From contig JADJQS010000006.1 of NCBI GenBank assembly GCA_016712635.1, forward strand, positions 511,216 to 575,215: 64,000 bases of DNA. The letters run 5' to 3'. The notes beneath the pieces are model-generated. The model was not told where the DNA came from. It ran no database searches and saw nothing but the letters and a program-made list of their open reading frames with translations. The position numbers were made by a program, and so were the translations under genes. Each line of letters begins with the position of its first letter. Within the stretch, counting starts at the first letter, position 1. This stretch comes from Gammaproteobacteria bacterium. GTDB taxonomy: Bacteria; Pseudomonadota; Gammaproteobacteria; SZUA-140. Positions 10,365-19,353 of this stretch are shown piece by piece.

Positions 10365-11095
10365 ATCAAGGCGGGGCGGGGGCCCGGCCGGCGGATGCAA
10401 AACGCATCATCGTGGCATTGGATTATCCGGATGCGGGAAGGGCGCTGGCGGCGGCGGATCGGCTGGACAAGGAGCTGTGCCGGGTCAAGGTCGGCAAGGA
10501 ACTGTTCACCCGCGCCGGTCCGGCACTGGTCGAGCGCCTTGTCGGGCGCGGTTTCGACGTCTTTCTGGACCTGAAATTTCACGACATCCCCAATACGGTC
10601 GCCGCCGCCTGCACCGCCGCGGCCGAACTCGGCGTATGGATGGTGAACGTCCACGCCCAGGGCGGGCGACGCATGCTGGGTGCCGCCCGGGAAAGCGTGG
10701 AACGCTTTACGCCGCGACCGCGGCTGATCGCGGTGACGGTGCTGACCAGCCTGGACGACGGCGACCTCCGCGAAATCGGGTTTCAGGACGGCACGGAGCA
10801 ACTGGTGGAACGGCTGGCGGCATTGACCGCGGATGCGGGCCTGGATGGCGTCGTCTGTTCACCGCGCGAGGCCGCGTCAATGCGCCGCAGGCACGGGGCC
10901 GGATTCCTGCTGGTCACGCCGGGGATCCGCCCGGGGGGGAGTGCGCAGGACGACCAGCAGCGGGTGATGACCCCGTCCGAGGCCGTGCGCAACGGCTCTG
11001 ATTATCTCGTCATCGGCCGCCCGATTACCGGCGCCGCCGACCCTGTGGCCGCCTTGCGGGCCATCCAGGAGGAGATCGCCGGATCCTGTAATTGA
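10361..11095 (+). CDS. pyrF: Orotidine-5'-phosphate decarboxylase.
   Basis: [20 protein letters not shown] and LVIGRPI motifs. Probable start MNQGG overlapping the lapB stop (ATGA). Confidence 0.85.
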   Translation: MNQGGAGARPADAKRIIVALDYPDAGRALAAADRLDKELCRVKVGKELFTRAGPALVERLVGRGFDVFLDLKFHDIPNTVAAACTAAAELGVWMVNVHAQGGRRMLGAARESVERFTPRPRLIAVTVLTSLDDGDLREIGFQDGTEQLVERLAALTADAGLDGVVCSPREAASMRRRHGAGFLLVTPGIRPGGSAQDDQQRVMTPSEAVRNGSDYLVIGRPITGAADPVAALRAIQEEIAGSCN

Positions 11096-11190
11096 CCCCG
11101 CAATATTTTGTGCTAGGCTGGATCGCGCTTTACTACTGCGTGGCGGCAGGATGCCGCTTATCCATTCACCAGGTTAAAAGGAGTTAACCT

Positions 11191-11487
11191 ATGAAAACCC
11201 TGCACAGCATTATCCTTGGTCTTGTCCTCACGGCCGTCAGCCTCGGGGCGTGGGCGGGCAAAGTCAACATCAACGAAGCCGATGCCGCCGCCCTGGGCAG
11301 CCTCAACGGGATCGGCAAGGCCCGCGCGGAGGCCATCATCGCCTACCGGGAGGCGCACGGCCCCTTCAGGAGCGTCGAAGATCTCGTCAAGGTGAAGGGC
11401 ATCGGGCCCGCCTTCCTCGACAAGAACCGGGACCAGTTGTCCGTGGGTGATACCGGGAAATCGGCGCAGAAAGCCTCCGCGGACTGA
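11191..11487 (+). CDS. ComEA-like periplasmic helix-hairpin-helix DNA-binding protein.
   Basis: Signal peptide followed by VNINEADAAAL..GIGKARAEAII..HGPF HhH motifs. Confidence 0.7.
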   Translation: MKTLHSIILGLVLTAVSLGAWAGKVNINEADAAALGSLNGIGKARAEAIIAYREAHGPFRSVEDLVKVKGIGPAFLDKNRDQLSVGDTGKSAQKASAD

Positions 11488-11507
11488 TTCGGGCGCAGAT
11501 AACACAT

Positions 11508-11546
11508 GGCATGACGGCCCCGCCAAGGCGGGGCCGTTTTTTTATC
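11508..11546 (+). terminator. Rho-independent terminator after the comEA-like gene.
   Basis: cggccccgccaaggcggggccg followed by a T7 run. Confidence 0.65.
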
Positions 11547-11641
11547 CAGGGGTGGCATTTGCTCCACCGGTCCAATACAATACCTCGCCATATTGGATTA
11601 ACTGATTGATTCTGAATTATTCTTCCCTGGATCTGGCAGGA

Positions 11642-12706
11642 ATGAACAAGGACCATAATTTACCCATCGAAAGTTCCGCACCGGGCGCCTACCCGCATTA
11701 TCCCGCCGTGCCGCCGGATGACGAGATCAGTCTGGTGGATCTCTGGCTCGTGCTGGCGCGGCACAGGCGCCTGATCGCAGCCATCGTGGCACTGACTGTT
11801 GTGCTGGGCATCGCCATCGCCGCATTGAAAACCGATAGCTATTCCTATACCACGACGATCCAGATCGCCCGCGTCGGTGATGGATTGCTGGAGGAACCGG
11901 TAACACTGCTCGCCAAACTGAATGAAAGCTACATACCGTTTATTTCACAGCAGCGCCTGCAGGCCGAACCGGATACCAGGCGTATCAAAGTCAGTGCCGA
12001 GATCCCCAAGGACAGTACTCTCATCCTGATGCGCAGTGAAGGTGACCTGGCCGATCAGGAGATCCACTTCAATGTGCATAAGCAGATCCTCGACAGATTG
12101 GCCCAGGACCATAATCCGGAGGTCGATGTCATCAAGCTCAGCATGGAGAACGACCTGAACCGCATCCGCAACCAGCTCGACAAGCTCAAGGACGAGGCCT
12201 TGTCGCTGCAGGCGCAGGGAAAGCGTCTGGACGAGCAGGAGATCCTGCTGAGGGAACAGCTCAAGGGTATGCAGAAGCTGATCGATATTTCCGAATCCAA
12301 TCGCAGCAAGGCGCTGACCGAGGTGGAGGGCGAGGCCAAGGCCATGACCCTGATGCTGATCGACACCGAGACCAGGAAGTATATGGATCGCGAGGGCGAG
12401 ATCAAGGAACGCCTGCTGGTCGGAATGTCTGCCGACCGGGACAGACTGAAGAACGATGTAGCCGACAACCTGCGCAGGCAGACGGAACTGCAGGAGAAGC
12501 TGCGGGAGGCTCAGGCGAAGATCGTGAATATACGATATACGCGTCCCATCGTGCCCACTCTGCGTTCACTTGAACCACACGAGGTTGGGAGACTGTTTGT
12601 TGTCCTTATCGCCGGCATCCTTGGACTGTTGCTGGGCATATTAACCGCCTTGCTGGCCGAGTTCCGGCTCAAAATCAAAGAGAGGATGCATGAGCAGGTT
12701 CGCTAG
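11642..12706 (+). CDS. wzz: Polysaccharide co-polymerase (Wzz-type O-antigen chain-length determinant).
   Basis: N- and C-terminal TM helices flanking a long coiled-coil periplasmic domain. Start taken at MNKDHNL; the ORF track begins at 11606. Confidence 0.65.
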   Translation: MNKDHNLPIESSAPGAYPHYPAVPPDDEISLVDLWLVLARHRRLIAAIVALTVVLGIAIAALKTDSYSYTTTIQIARVGDGLLEEPVTLLAKLNESYIPFISQQRLQAEPDTRRIKVSAEIPKDSTLILMRSEGDLADQEIHFNVHKQILDRLAQDHNPEVDVIKLSMENDLNRIRNQLDKLKDEALSLQAQGKRLDEQEILLREQLKGMQKLIDISESNRSKALTEVEGEAKAMTLMLIDTETRKYMDREGEIKERLLVGMSADRDRLKNDVADNLRRQTELQEKLREAQAKIVNIRYTRPIVPTLRSLEPHEVGRLFVVLIAGILGLLLGILTALLAEFRLKIKERMHEQVR

Positions 12707-12858
12707 GCGCGTGATATGGCGGAGGAACAACGTGGGGGGGCACTTGATACCCTGGAAAAGCCTAATTAGAGCCTGCCCTCGCCTTGCCAATGATTGCGTC
12801 ACATACAGTTCACACAGCCACGAACGCCGATAATAGCTTCCTCTGGTAAGATAAGCTC

Positions 12859-14388
12859 ATGATCATCCAACCGGTCATCCTGTCAGGCGGCTCGGGTACC
12901 CGTCTGTGGCCGCTGTCGCGGGAACATTATCCCAAGCAGTTACTGGCCCCTGTCAGCGACCTGACCCTGCTGCAGTCCACTGTCAACCGCCTGGATCACC
13001 TTGAGGCGATGCAGGATGTCCGGATCGCCGCCCCGCTGGTCATCTGCAACGAGGAACACCGTTTTCTGGTGGCCGAGCAATTACGCCAACTGGGTAAGCC
13101 GCCTGGCCAGATCCTGCTCGAGCCGGTCGGACGGAATACCGCGCCGGCGGCCACCCTGGCGGCCCTGCATGCCGGGGACAGGGGCGCCGTGCTGTTGATC
13201 ATGCCGGCCGACCACCTGATACGCGACGAGGCGGCCTTTAGCCGGGCTGTAATCATTGGTGCGCGGCTGGCTTCGGCTGGCCAGGTCGTCACCTTCGGTA
13301 TCCTGCCGACACGCGCCGAGACCGGTTATGGCTACATCCACAAGGGCGCTGCCCTTGCGGGTGAGGCGTCAGGCGCGAGGCGTGAAGCGGTAGGGAAGGG
13401 AGCACTTTCACCTGACACCTCTCGCCTGACGCCTCACCTCATAGAACAGTTCGTTGAAAAGCCGGATGCCGCCACGGCGCAATCCTATCTCGACTCCGGA
13501 GAATATCTCTGGAACAGCGGCATCTTCATGGTGCGCGCCGCGGTGTGGCTGGAAGCGATCATGCGCCACCGCCCGGACATTTATTCCGCTGCGGAGCAGG
13601 CGTACACGAGCGGCAAGCAGGACGGAGACTTCTACCGCGTGGACAAGAAACTGTTCGCCACGTGCCCCAGCGACTCCATCGACTACGCCGTCATGGAAAA
13701 GCTCACCGCCTCCATCTCCTCACCCCTCACGCCTGACGCCTCACCGATAACCGCGGCGGTGATCCCGCTGGATGCCGGCTGGTCGGACGTCGGCGCCTGG
13801 TCCAGCCTGTGGGAGGTCTCGCCGCAGGACGCCGACGGCAATATCCTGCGTGGCGACGTCATCGCTGAAGACACTCGCAATTCCCTCCTGTACGCCGAGC
13901 ACCGCCTGCTCGCCGGCGTAGGCCTTGATAACATTATTGCGATCGAGACCGCCGACGCCATCCTGGTCGTGCACAAGGACAAGGCGCAGAACGTGAAGGA
14001 TATCGTCGCCCACCTGAAGAAGCAGGGGCGCAGCGAGCACCAGATCCACCGCCGCGTACATCGTCCATGGGGCAGCTACGAAGGCATTGACAAGGGGGAA
14101 CGTTTCCAGGTCAAGCGTATCACGGTCAAGCCGGGTGCTTCGCTCTCCCTGCAGATGCACCACCATCGCGCCGAGCACTGGATTGTCGTGAAGGGGACCG
14201 CCCGCGTCGTGCGCGGGGACGATGAATTCCTGCTCAGTGAAAACGAGTCCACCTATATCCCGATCGGGGTCACCCACCGCCTGGAGAATCCGGGAACGCT
14301 CCCGCTCGAACTGATCGAGGTTCAGTCGGGATCATATCTTGGGGAAGACGATATCGTCAGGTTCGAGGATCACTACGGAAGGAAGTGA
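12859..14388 (+). CDS. manC: Bifunctional mannose-1-phosphate guanylyltransferase / mannose-6-phosphate isomerase (ManC/CpsB type). Carries two in-frame repeat-derived insertions.
   Basis: N-terminal nucleotidyltransferase (ILSGGSGTRLWPLS) and C-terminal cupin (QMHHHRAEHWIVV). 509 aa versus about 480 typical. Confidence 0.9.
   Translation: MIIQPVILSGGSGTRLWPLSREHYPKQLLAPVSDLTLLQSTVNRLDHLEAMQDVRIAAPLVICNEEHRFLVAEQLRQLGKPPGQILLEPVGRNTAPAATLAALHAGDRGAVLLIMPADHLIRDEAAFSRAVIIGARLASAGQVVTFGILPTRAETGYGYIHKGAALAGEASGARREAVGKGALSPDTSRLTPHLIEQFVEKPDAATAQSYLDSGEYLWNSGIFMVRAAVWLEAIMRHRPDIYSAAEQAYTSGKQDGDFYRVDKKLFATCPSDSIDYAVMEKLTASISSPLTPDASPITAAVIPLDAGWSDVGAWSSLWEVSPQDADGNILRGDVIAEDTRNSLLYAEHRLLAGVGLDNIIAIETADAILVVHKDKAQNVKDIVAHLKKQGRSEHQIHRRVHRPWGSYEGIDKGERFQVKRITVKPGASLSLQMHHHRAEHWIVVKGTARVVRGDDEFLLSENESTYIPIGVTHRLENPGTLPLELIEVQSGSYLGEDDIVRFEDHYGRK
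13360..13440 (+). repeat. Complete heptamer-arm element inserted in frame inside manC (about 81 nt, encodes GEASGARREAVGKGALSPDTSRLTPHL).
   Basis: ggtgaggcgtcaggcgcgaggcgtgaagcg..cctgacacctctcgcctgacgcctcacctc. TGA triplets of the left arm are mutated or out of frame. Confidence 0.75.
13727..13746 (+). repeat. Right-arm (CCTCAC) fragment in frame inside manC (encodes SSPLTPDASP).
   Basis: tcctcacccctcacgcctgacgcctcacc. The corresponding segment is absent from typical ManC between the MEK and VIPLDAGWSD blocks. Confidence 0.65.
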
Positions 14389-14566
14389 GGCGTGAGGGGG
14401 CAGGTGTGAGGCGAAAATACTAACTATGGGAGGTCTGATTAATTCGTCATGCCCGCGCAGGCGGGCATCCAGGTCCTTGAATTACTGGTTTCCCGCTTTC
14501 GCGGGAATGACAACCAGGTAATTATTCAGGTTTCCCTAACGCCTAACACCTAACGCCTCACCAACA
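14385..14566. repeat. Composite element between manC and gmd. Heptamer-arm element (arms at 14385-14418 and 14535-14566) with a CCCGC double-hairpin element nested in its loop (14446-14511).
   Basis: agtgaggcgtgagggggcaggtgtgaggcg ... gtcatgcccgcgcaggcgggcat..ttcccgctttcgcgggaatgac ... cctaacgcctaacacctaacgcctcacc. Confidence 0.8.
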
Positions 14567-14578
14567 AAGAGGTTAGCC

Positions 14579-15664
14579 ATGTCAAAAACAGCCTTAATCA
14601 CCGGCATCACCGGCCAGGACGGGGCCTATCTGGCGGAATTTCTGCTGAAGAAGGGCTATGTCGTGCACGGGATCAAGCGGCGCACTTCGCTGTTCAACAC
14701 CGACCGCATCGACCATCTGTATCAGGATCCGCACGTCGACAACCGCCGGTTCATCCTGCACTACGGCGACATGACGGATTCGAGCAGCCTGATCCGGATC
14801 GTGCAGGAGGTGCAACCGGACGAGATCTACAACCTGGCTGCGCAAAGCCACGTCGCGGTGTCATTCGAGGAGCCGGAGTACACGGCGGATTCCGACGCCC
14901 TGGGGGCTCTGCGTCTGCTCGAGGCGATCCGGATCCTCGGCCTGGAGAAGAAGACCCGCTTCTACCAGGCCTCGACCTCCGAATTGTACGGACTGGTGCA
15001 GGAAGTGCCCCAGAGGGAGACGACGCCATTTTATCCGCGCTCGCCCTATGCCGTGGCAAAGCTCTACGCCTACTGGATCACGGTCAATTACCGCGAGGCC
15101 TATGGCATCTATGCCTGCAACGGAATCCTGTTCAATCATGAAAGCCCGATCCGGGGCGAGACCTTCGTCACGCGCAAGATCACGCGCGCGCTGGCGCGCA
15201 TCAAGCTTGGCCTGCTCGACTGCCTGTATCTCGGCAACCTGGACGCGCGCCGCGACTGGGGGCACGCACGCGATTACGTCGAGGCGCAGTGGCTGATGTT
15301 GCAACAGAAATCAGCGGAAGATTTCGTCATCGCAAGCGGAATTCAGTACAGTGTGCGCGATTTCGTCGACGCCGCCGCGAGTGAACTCGGGATGCGCATC
15401 TCATGGAAGGGACAGGGTGCCGAGGAGAAGGGCTATGATGCAGCCGGCCGCTGCATCGTGGCAGTCGATCCGCGCTATTTCCGTCCGACCGAAGTGGAAA
15501 CCCTGCTCGGTGATCCGAGCAAGGCCAGGGATAAGCTGGGCTGGACGCCGCGCACCAGCTTCAAGGAACTCGTCGCTGAAATGGTGCGCGAAGACCTCAA
15601 GGTAGCCGAACGGGATGAACTGTGCAGGAGAGAAGGGTTCAGGACGTTTGATTACCATGAATAA
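14579..15664 (+). CDS. gmd: GDP-mannose 4,6-dehydratase.
   Basis: [29 protein letters not shown]. 361 aa. Confidence 0.95.
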   Translation: MSKTALITGITGQDGAYLAEFLLKKGYVVHGIKRRTSLFNTDRIDHLYQDPHVDNRRFILHYGDMTDSSSLIRIVQEVQPDEIYNLAAQSHVAVSFEEPEYTADSDALGALRLLEAIRILGLEKKTRFYQASTSELYGLVQEVPQRETTPFYPRSPYAVAKLYAYWITVNYREAYGIYACNGILFNHESPIRGETFVTRKITRALARIKLGLLDCLYLGNLDARRDWGHARDYVEAQWLMLQQKSAEDFVIASGIQYSVRDFVDAAASELGMRISWKGQGAEEKGYDAAGRCIVAVDPRYFRPTEVETLLGDPSKARDKLGWTPRTSFKELVAEMVREDLKVAERDELCRREGFRTFDYHE

Positions 15665-15667
15665 AAT

Positions 15668-15703
15668 ATGTGAAGTGTGAGGAGTGAGGTGTTAGGCGTA
15701 TGA
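15668..15703. repeat. Left arm of the heptamer element that carries the four-helix-bundle gene.
   Basis: tgtgaagtgtgaggagtgaggtgttaggcg immediately after the gmd stop. Confidence 0.7.
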
Positions 15704-15733
15704 GCTTACAGAATTTCCACGGAGGGAAATCCA

Positions 15734-16096
15734 ATGAGCAGAATACATCACGGACTCTTGGCGTGGCAGCACGCTATGAAGTTTGTAAAGGATATTTATG
15801 AGGTCACATCGGCATTCCCAAAATGTGAAATGTACGGGCTGACAAGTCAAATGAGGCGTGCCGCGGTTAGCGTGCCATCCAACATCGCGGAAGGTGCCGG
15901 AAGGGCCAGTTTCAGGGAGTTTGGGCAATTTCTCACGATAGCTCGTGGCTCTCTGTGCGAGCTCGAGACCCAGGTTGTCCTGGCTAAAGAGTTAGGCTAT
16001 ATCGCAGAGAACGATGATTTACTATCCAAAATGGAAAAACTGTTCGCTTTACTGGGTGGACTGATCAATTCTATCGGGAAACGATATCAGCAATGA
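15734..16096 (+). CDS. Four-helix-bundle protein (23S rRNA intervening-sequence protein / Avd-like family). Low-GC cargo inside the repeat element.
   Basis: 120 aa. [46 protein letters not shown] are hallmark motifs. Local GC is visibly lower (about 47%) than the neighbours. Confidence 0.8.
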   Translation: MSRIHHGLLAWQHAMKFVKDIYEVTSAFPKCEMYGLTSQMRRAAVSVPSNIAEGAGRASFREFGQFLTIARGSLCELETQVVLAKELGYIAENDDLLSKMEKLFALLGGLINSIGKRYQQ

Positions 16097-17088
16097 CGCT
16101 TCACGCCTCACACCTAACACCTGACCTCTCTATCTACGTTGCCGGCCATCGCGGCCTGGTCGGTTCCGCCCTGATGCGTCGATTTCAAGCAGCAGGATAC
16201 AGCAATCTGGTTACACGGACGCATCGTGAGCTGGATCTCACCGACCAGGCGGCGGTGCGCGAATTTTTCCGGACGGAGAAACCGCGGCGGGTGCTCCTGG
16301 CCGCGGCGAAGGTCGGCGGGATACTGGCCAACGACACCTATCCGGCGGAATTCATCCGCGAGAACCTTGCCATCCAGACCAACGTAATTCACGAGGCCTG
16401 GCGCTCCGGCGTCGAGCGGCTCCTGTTTCTGGGATCTTCCTGCATCTATCCGCGCGAGTGCCCGCAGCCGATGAAGGAAGAGTATCTGCTTACCGGCCCG
16501 CTGGAGAAGACCAACCGCGCCTACGCGGTGGCGAAGATCGCCGGCATCGAGATGTGCCGCTCCTACAATCAGCAGTACGGAACCCGTTACCTTGCCGTGA
16601 TGCCGACCAACCTGTACGGTCCGGGTGACAACTTCGACCTGCAGAACTCCCATGTGCTGCCCGCACTGATACGCAAGATGCACGAGGCAAAGCTCGCCGG
16701 ATCACCCGCGGTCACGGTATGGGGAACAGGGACGCCGCGCCGGGAATTTCTGCACAGCGACGACCTCGCCGACGCCTGCCTGTTCCTGCTGAGCCTGCCG
16801 GAAGAGCAATACGCCTCACTCCTTACGCCTCACGCCTCACCGCCGTTGATCAACGTCGGATGCGGTCAGGACGTCACCATCCGCGAGCTGGCCGAGACCG
16901 CGCAGCGTGTCGTCGGATACCCGGGCCGCCTGGAGTTCGACACCAGCAAGCCTGACGGGACGCCGAGAAAGCTGCTGGACGTATCGCGCCTGAGCGCGCT
17001 TGGCTGGACGCCGCGCATCGGCCTGGCCGACGGAATCGCGCAGGTATATCGCTGGTACCTGGATCAACCCGCCTCGCAGGCGCATTGA
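16093..17088 (+). CDS. fcl: GDP-L-fucose synthase (GDP-4-keto-6-deoxymannose 3,5-epimerase/4-reductase). The true start is probably near 16129. Contains one in-frame right-arm insertion at 16813-16841.
   Basis: [14 protein letters not shown], the YPAEFI motif and the C-terminal domain. The first ~12 codons of the ORF-track model ([12 protein letters not shown]) are repeat-encoded. The internal [10 protein letters not shown] insert is absent from E. coli Fcl. Confidence 0.85.
   Translation: MTLHASHLTPDLSIYVAGHRGLVGSALMRRFQAAGYSNLVTRTHRELDLTDQAAVREFFRTEKPRRVLLAAAKVGGILANDTYPAEFIRENLAIQTNVIHEAWRSGVERLLFLGSSCIYPRECPQPMKEEYLLTGPLEKTNRAYAVAKIAGIEMCRSYNQQYGTRYLAVMPTNLYGPGDNFDLQNSHVLPALIRKMHEAKLAGSPAVTVWGTGTPRREFLHSDDLADACLFLLSLPEEQYASLLTPHASPPLINVGCGQDVTIRELAETAQRVVGYPGRLEFDTSKPDGTPRKLLDVSRLSALGWTPRIGLADGIAQVYRWYLDQPASQAH
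16098..16128. repeat. Right arm (CCTCAC repeats) closing the element around the four-helix-bundle gene. Overlaps the annotated 5' end of fcl.
   Basis: cgcttcacgcctcacacctaacacctgacctc. Confidence 0.7.
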
Positions 17089-17139
17089 TCCGGAGGCTGG
17101 AATCTGTTTCAAAATTGATGATAGGCGGAAACAGCAGGC

Positions 17140-17222
17140 GTCGTCCCCGCGAAAGCGGGGATCCAGTGGCTTTAAGCCGATGAAAAGCAGAAACACTGGA
17201 TTCCCGCTTTCGCGGGAATGAC
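17140..17222. repeat. CCCGC double-hairpin inverted element, copy 2, between fcl and gmhB.
   Basis: gtcgtccccgcgaaagcggggatccag ... tggattcccgctttcgcgggaatgac. The same termini and architecture as 14446-14511. Confidence 0.75.
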
Positions 17223-17276
17223 GCATTTATCTTTCATTGCAAACATGCATTTCCAATTTTGAGATAGGTTCCAGTT

Positions 17277-17822
17277 ATGGCAGGCAGGGCGCTGATACTC
17301 GATCGGGACGGCGTGGTCAATATCGACAGGGACTATGTCCACAAGATCGAAGATTTCGAGTTCGTCGACGGCCTGTTCGAGCTGTGCCGCATGGCGGCCG
17401 GTCAGGGCTACCGCATCATCATCATCACCAACCAGTCCGGAATTGGACGCGGCTATTACACCGAGGATGATTTTCACCTCCTCACCGGCTGGATGAAGGC
17501 CAGATTCGAGGAGGAGGGTATTACGGTGGCGCAGGTCTATTACTGCCCGTATCATCCCGTGCACGGCATCGGGAAGTACAAGCAGGACTCCTACGACCGC
17601 AAACCCAACCCCGGCATGATCATCAAGGCGGCGCAGGACTTCGATTTGGACCTTTCAAACTGTATACTCGTCGGAGACCGCGAATCCGATATGAAGGCCG
17701 CACAGACCGCGGGTGTCGGCCATAAGGTCCTGTACCGTCCGGAAGGCGGCATTGATGCCCCGACGCGGGCGGACTACGTCGTCAACGAGCTGAACACCGT
17801 GCTCGAATTGGTCACGGATTGA
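17277..17822 (+). CDS. gmhB: D-glycero-beta-D-manno-heptose-1,7-bisphosphate 7-phosphatase (HAD family).
   Basis: [13 protein letters not shown] motif [23 protein letters not shown]. Confidence 0.85.
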   Translation: MAGRALILDRDGVVNIDRDYVHKIEDFEFVDGLFELCRMAAGQGYRIIIITNQSGIGRGYYTEDDFHLLTGWMKARFEEEGITVAQVYYCPYHPVHGIGKYKQDSYDRKPNPGMIIKAAQDFDLDLSNCILVGDRESDMKAAQTAGVGHKVLYRPEGGIDAPTRADYVVNELNTVLELVTD

Positions 17823-17945
17823 GCATGCGAGGGTGCATGTTGTGCCGGGCAGACCAGGCACAACGGGCGTCATGATCCCGGGTGAGCGTTACGGCGTTCA
17901 CCACAGGCTACGGCATATTGTAGAAAGGCGTTGATTCACTGAACC

Positions 17946-18518
17946 ATGAGTGACCGTATCGTAAAAGCGCTGGAAGACCACGAGAACGTCCTTGCGGCCG
18001 TGCGGGATAACCTCGTCGCCGATATCGAGCAGGTGGCGCAATGCCTGATCGACTGCCTCGGCCGGGGCCACACCATCTTCTGGTGCGGTAACGGCGGAAG
18101 CGCGGCGGACGCACAACACATCGCCGCGGAACTTGTCGGCCGCTTCGAGCGCGAACGGAAAGCGCTCGCCTCCATCGCGCTGTCCACTGATACCTCAATC
18201 CTGACCAGCGTGGGAAACGACTATGGCTTCGACAGCATCTTCAAGCGCCAGGTCGAAGCACTGGTTCGTCGGGGTGATGTGCTCGTGGGCCTGTCCACCT
18301 CGGGCAACAGCCCGAACGTGGTGCGCGCCATCGAACAGGCGAACGGCCAGGGCGCCACCACGATCGGCGTGCTGGGCAGAGACGGCGGCCGGATAATAAA
18401 ACTTTGCCGCCTGTCGATAGTTGTGCCGGCGGAAAACACCGCGCGCATCCAGGAGATGCACGGGCTAATCGGGCACATACTGTGCGATCTGATTGAAAAG
18501 AGCAGGACTGAGGACTGA
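17946..18518 (+). CDS. gmhA: Phosphoheptose isomerase (SIS domain).
   Basis: IFWCGNGGSAADAQHIAAE, LSTSGNSPNV. The stop lies in the repeat (..RTED*). Confidence 0.85.
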   Translation: MSDRIVKALEDHENVLAAVRDNLVADIEQVAQCLIDCLGRGHTIFWCGNGGSAADAQHIAAELVGRFERERKALASIALSTDTSILTSVGNDYGFDSIFKRQVEALVRRGDVLVGLSTSGNSPNVVRAIEQANGQGATTIGVLGRDGGRIIKLCRLSIVVPAENTARIQEMHGLIGHILCDLIEKSRTED

Positions 18519-18630
18519 GTGCTCAGGACTGAGTAAAAGACAAAATCTACCCGAGCCAGATAAGCTAAGTTTAAATAGAAATAATGTTTATGGGTTTTCA
18601 CTCAGTCCTAAGACCTCAGTCCTCAATCCT
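18506..18630. repeat. Variant heptamer-arm element with ACTGAGG / CCTCAGT arms between gmhA and cysC.
   Basis: ggactgaggactgagtgctcaggactgag ... cactcagtcctaagacctcagtcctcaatcc. Confidence 0.75.
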
Positions 18631-18648
18631 ATTATTTAGGAGTTCATC

Positions 18649-19260
18649 ATGAGCGGTAATAAGAGTACCAACGTCGTCTGGCACCAGGCCACCATCGACC
18701 GTCAGAAGCGCGAAGCCATGAACGGGCACAAGAGCGCGATCCTGTGGTTCACAGGGTTGTCCGGTTCGGGAAAATCCACGCTGGCGCATGCGGTGGAAGA
18801 AAAGCTCCACGGACTGAAGTGCCGCACCTTCGTGCTCGACGGCGACAACATCCGCCACGGACTGTGCGGTGACCTTGGTTTCTCCGATGAGGACCGCGTG
18901 GAGAACATCCGCCGCATCGGCGAAGTCTCCAAGCTGTTCATAGAGGCCGGCGTGATCGCCATGACCGCGTTCATCTCGCCGTTCCGTGCCGACCGCGAGC
19001 GCGTGCGCAGCCTGGTCATGCATGGCGACTTCATCGAGATCTACTGCAAGGCCTCGCTCGAAGTGTGCGAGCAGCGTGACGTGAAGGGTCTGTACAAGAA
19101 GGCGAGGGCAGGGGAGATCAAGGCCTTTACCGGAATCTCCTCGCCGTATGAGGCGCCCGACAAGCCCGAGATCATCGTCGAGACCGGGGCCGATTCGCTG
19201 GACAAGTGCGCCGACCAGGTGCTCGCCTTCCTGCGCGAGCGCGGCATTCTGAAGGGCTGA
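18649..19260 (+). CDS. cysC: Adenylyl-sulfate (APS) kinase.
   Basis: [14 protein letters not shown]-loop, [10 protein letters not shown], 203 aa. Stand-alone; no cysN/cysD in the window. Confidence 0.9.
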   Translation: MSGNKSTNVVWHQATIDRQKREAMNGHKSAILWFTGLSGSGKSTLAHAVEEKLHGLKCRTFVLDGDNIRHGLCGDLGFSDEDRVENIRRIGEVSKLFIEAGVIAMTAFISPFRADRERVRSLVMHGDFIEIYCKASLEVCEQRDVKGLYKKARAGEIKAFTGISSPYEAPDKPEIIVETGADSLDKCADQVLAFLRERGILKG

Positions 19261-19269
19261 CACAGGATT

Positions 19270-19348
19270 GGGGACAGATTTTTATCTGTCCCCCGATATC
19301 GCAATGATGCCAGTACGCCTCACACCTAACGCCTCACACCTCACGCTC
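19270..19348. repeat. GGGGACAGAT hairpin (19270-19294) followed by a right-arm-only CCTCAC repeat block (19315-19348).
   Basis: ggggacagatttttatctgtcccc ... gcctcacacctaacgcctcacacctcacgctcg. Confidence 0.75.
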
Positions 19349-19353
19349 GAGCC

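Noticed and set aside
11508-11546. Possible small RNA in the comEA-wzz spacer.
   Set aside because: Only a canonical terminator hairpin with a T-run and a short AT-rich promoter region are present. There is nothing beyond an ordinary intergenic region.
13381-13395. Partial ops/JUMPstart-like core (GCGGTAG within aagcggtaggg) upstream of polysaccharide genes.
   Set aside because: It lies inside the manC coding sequence within a repeat loop and matches only 7 of 8 nt of the ops core. This is most likely coincidence.
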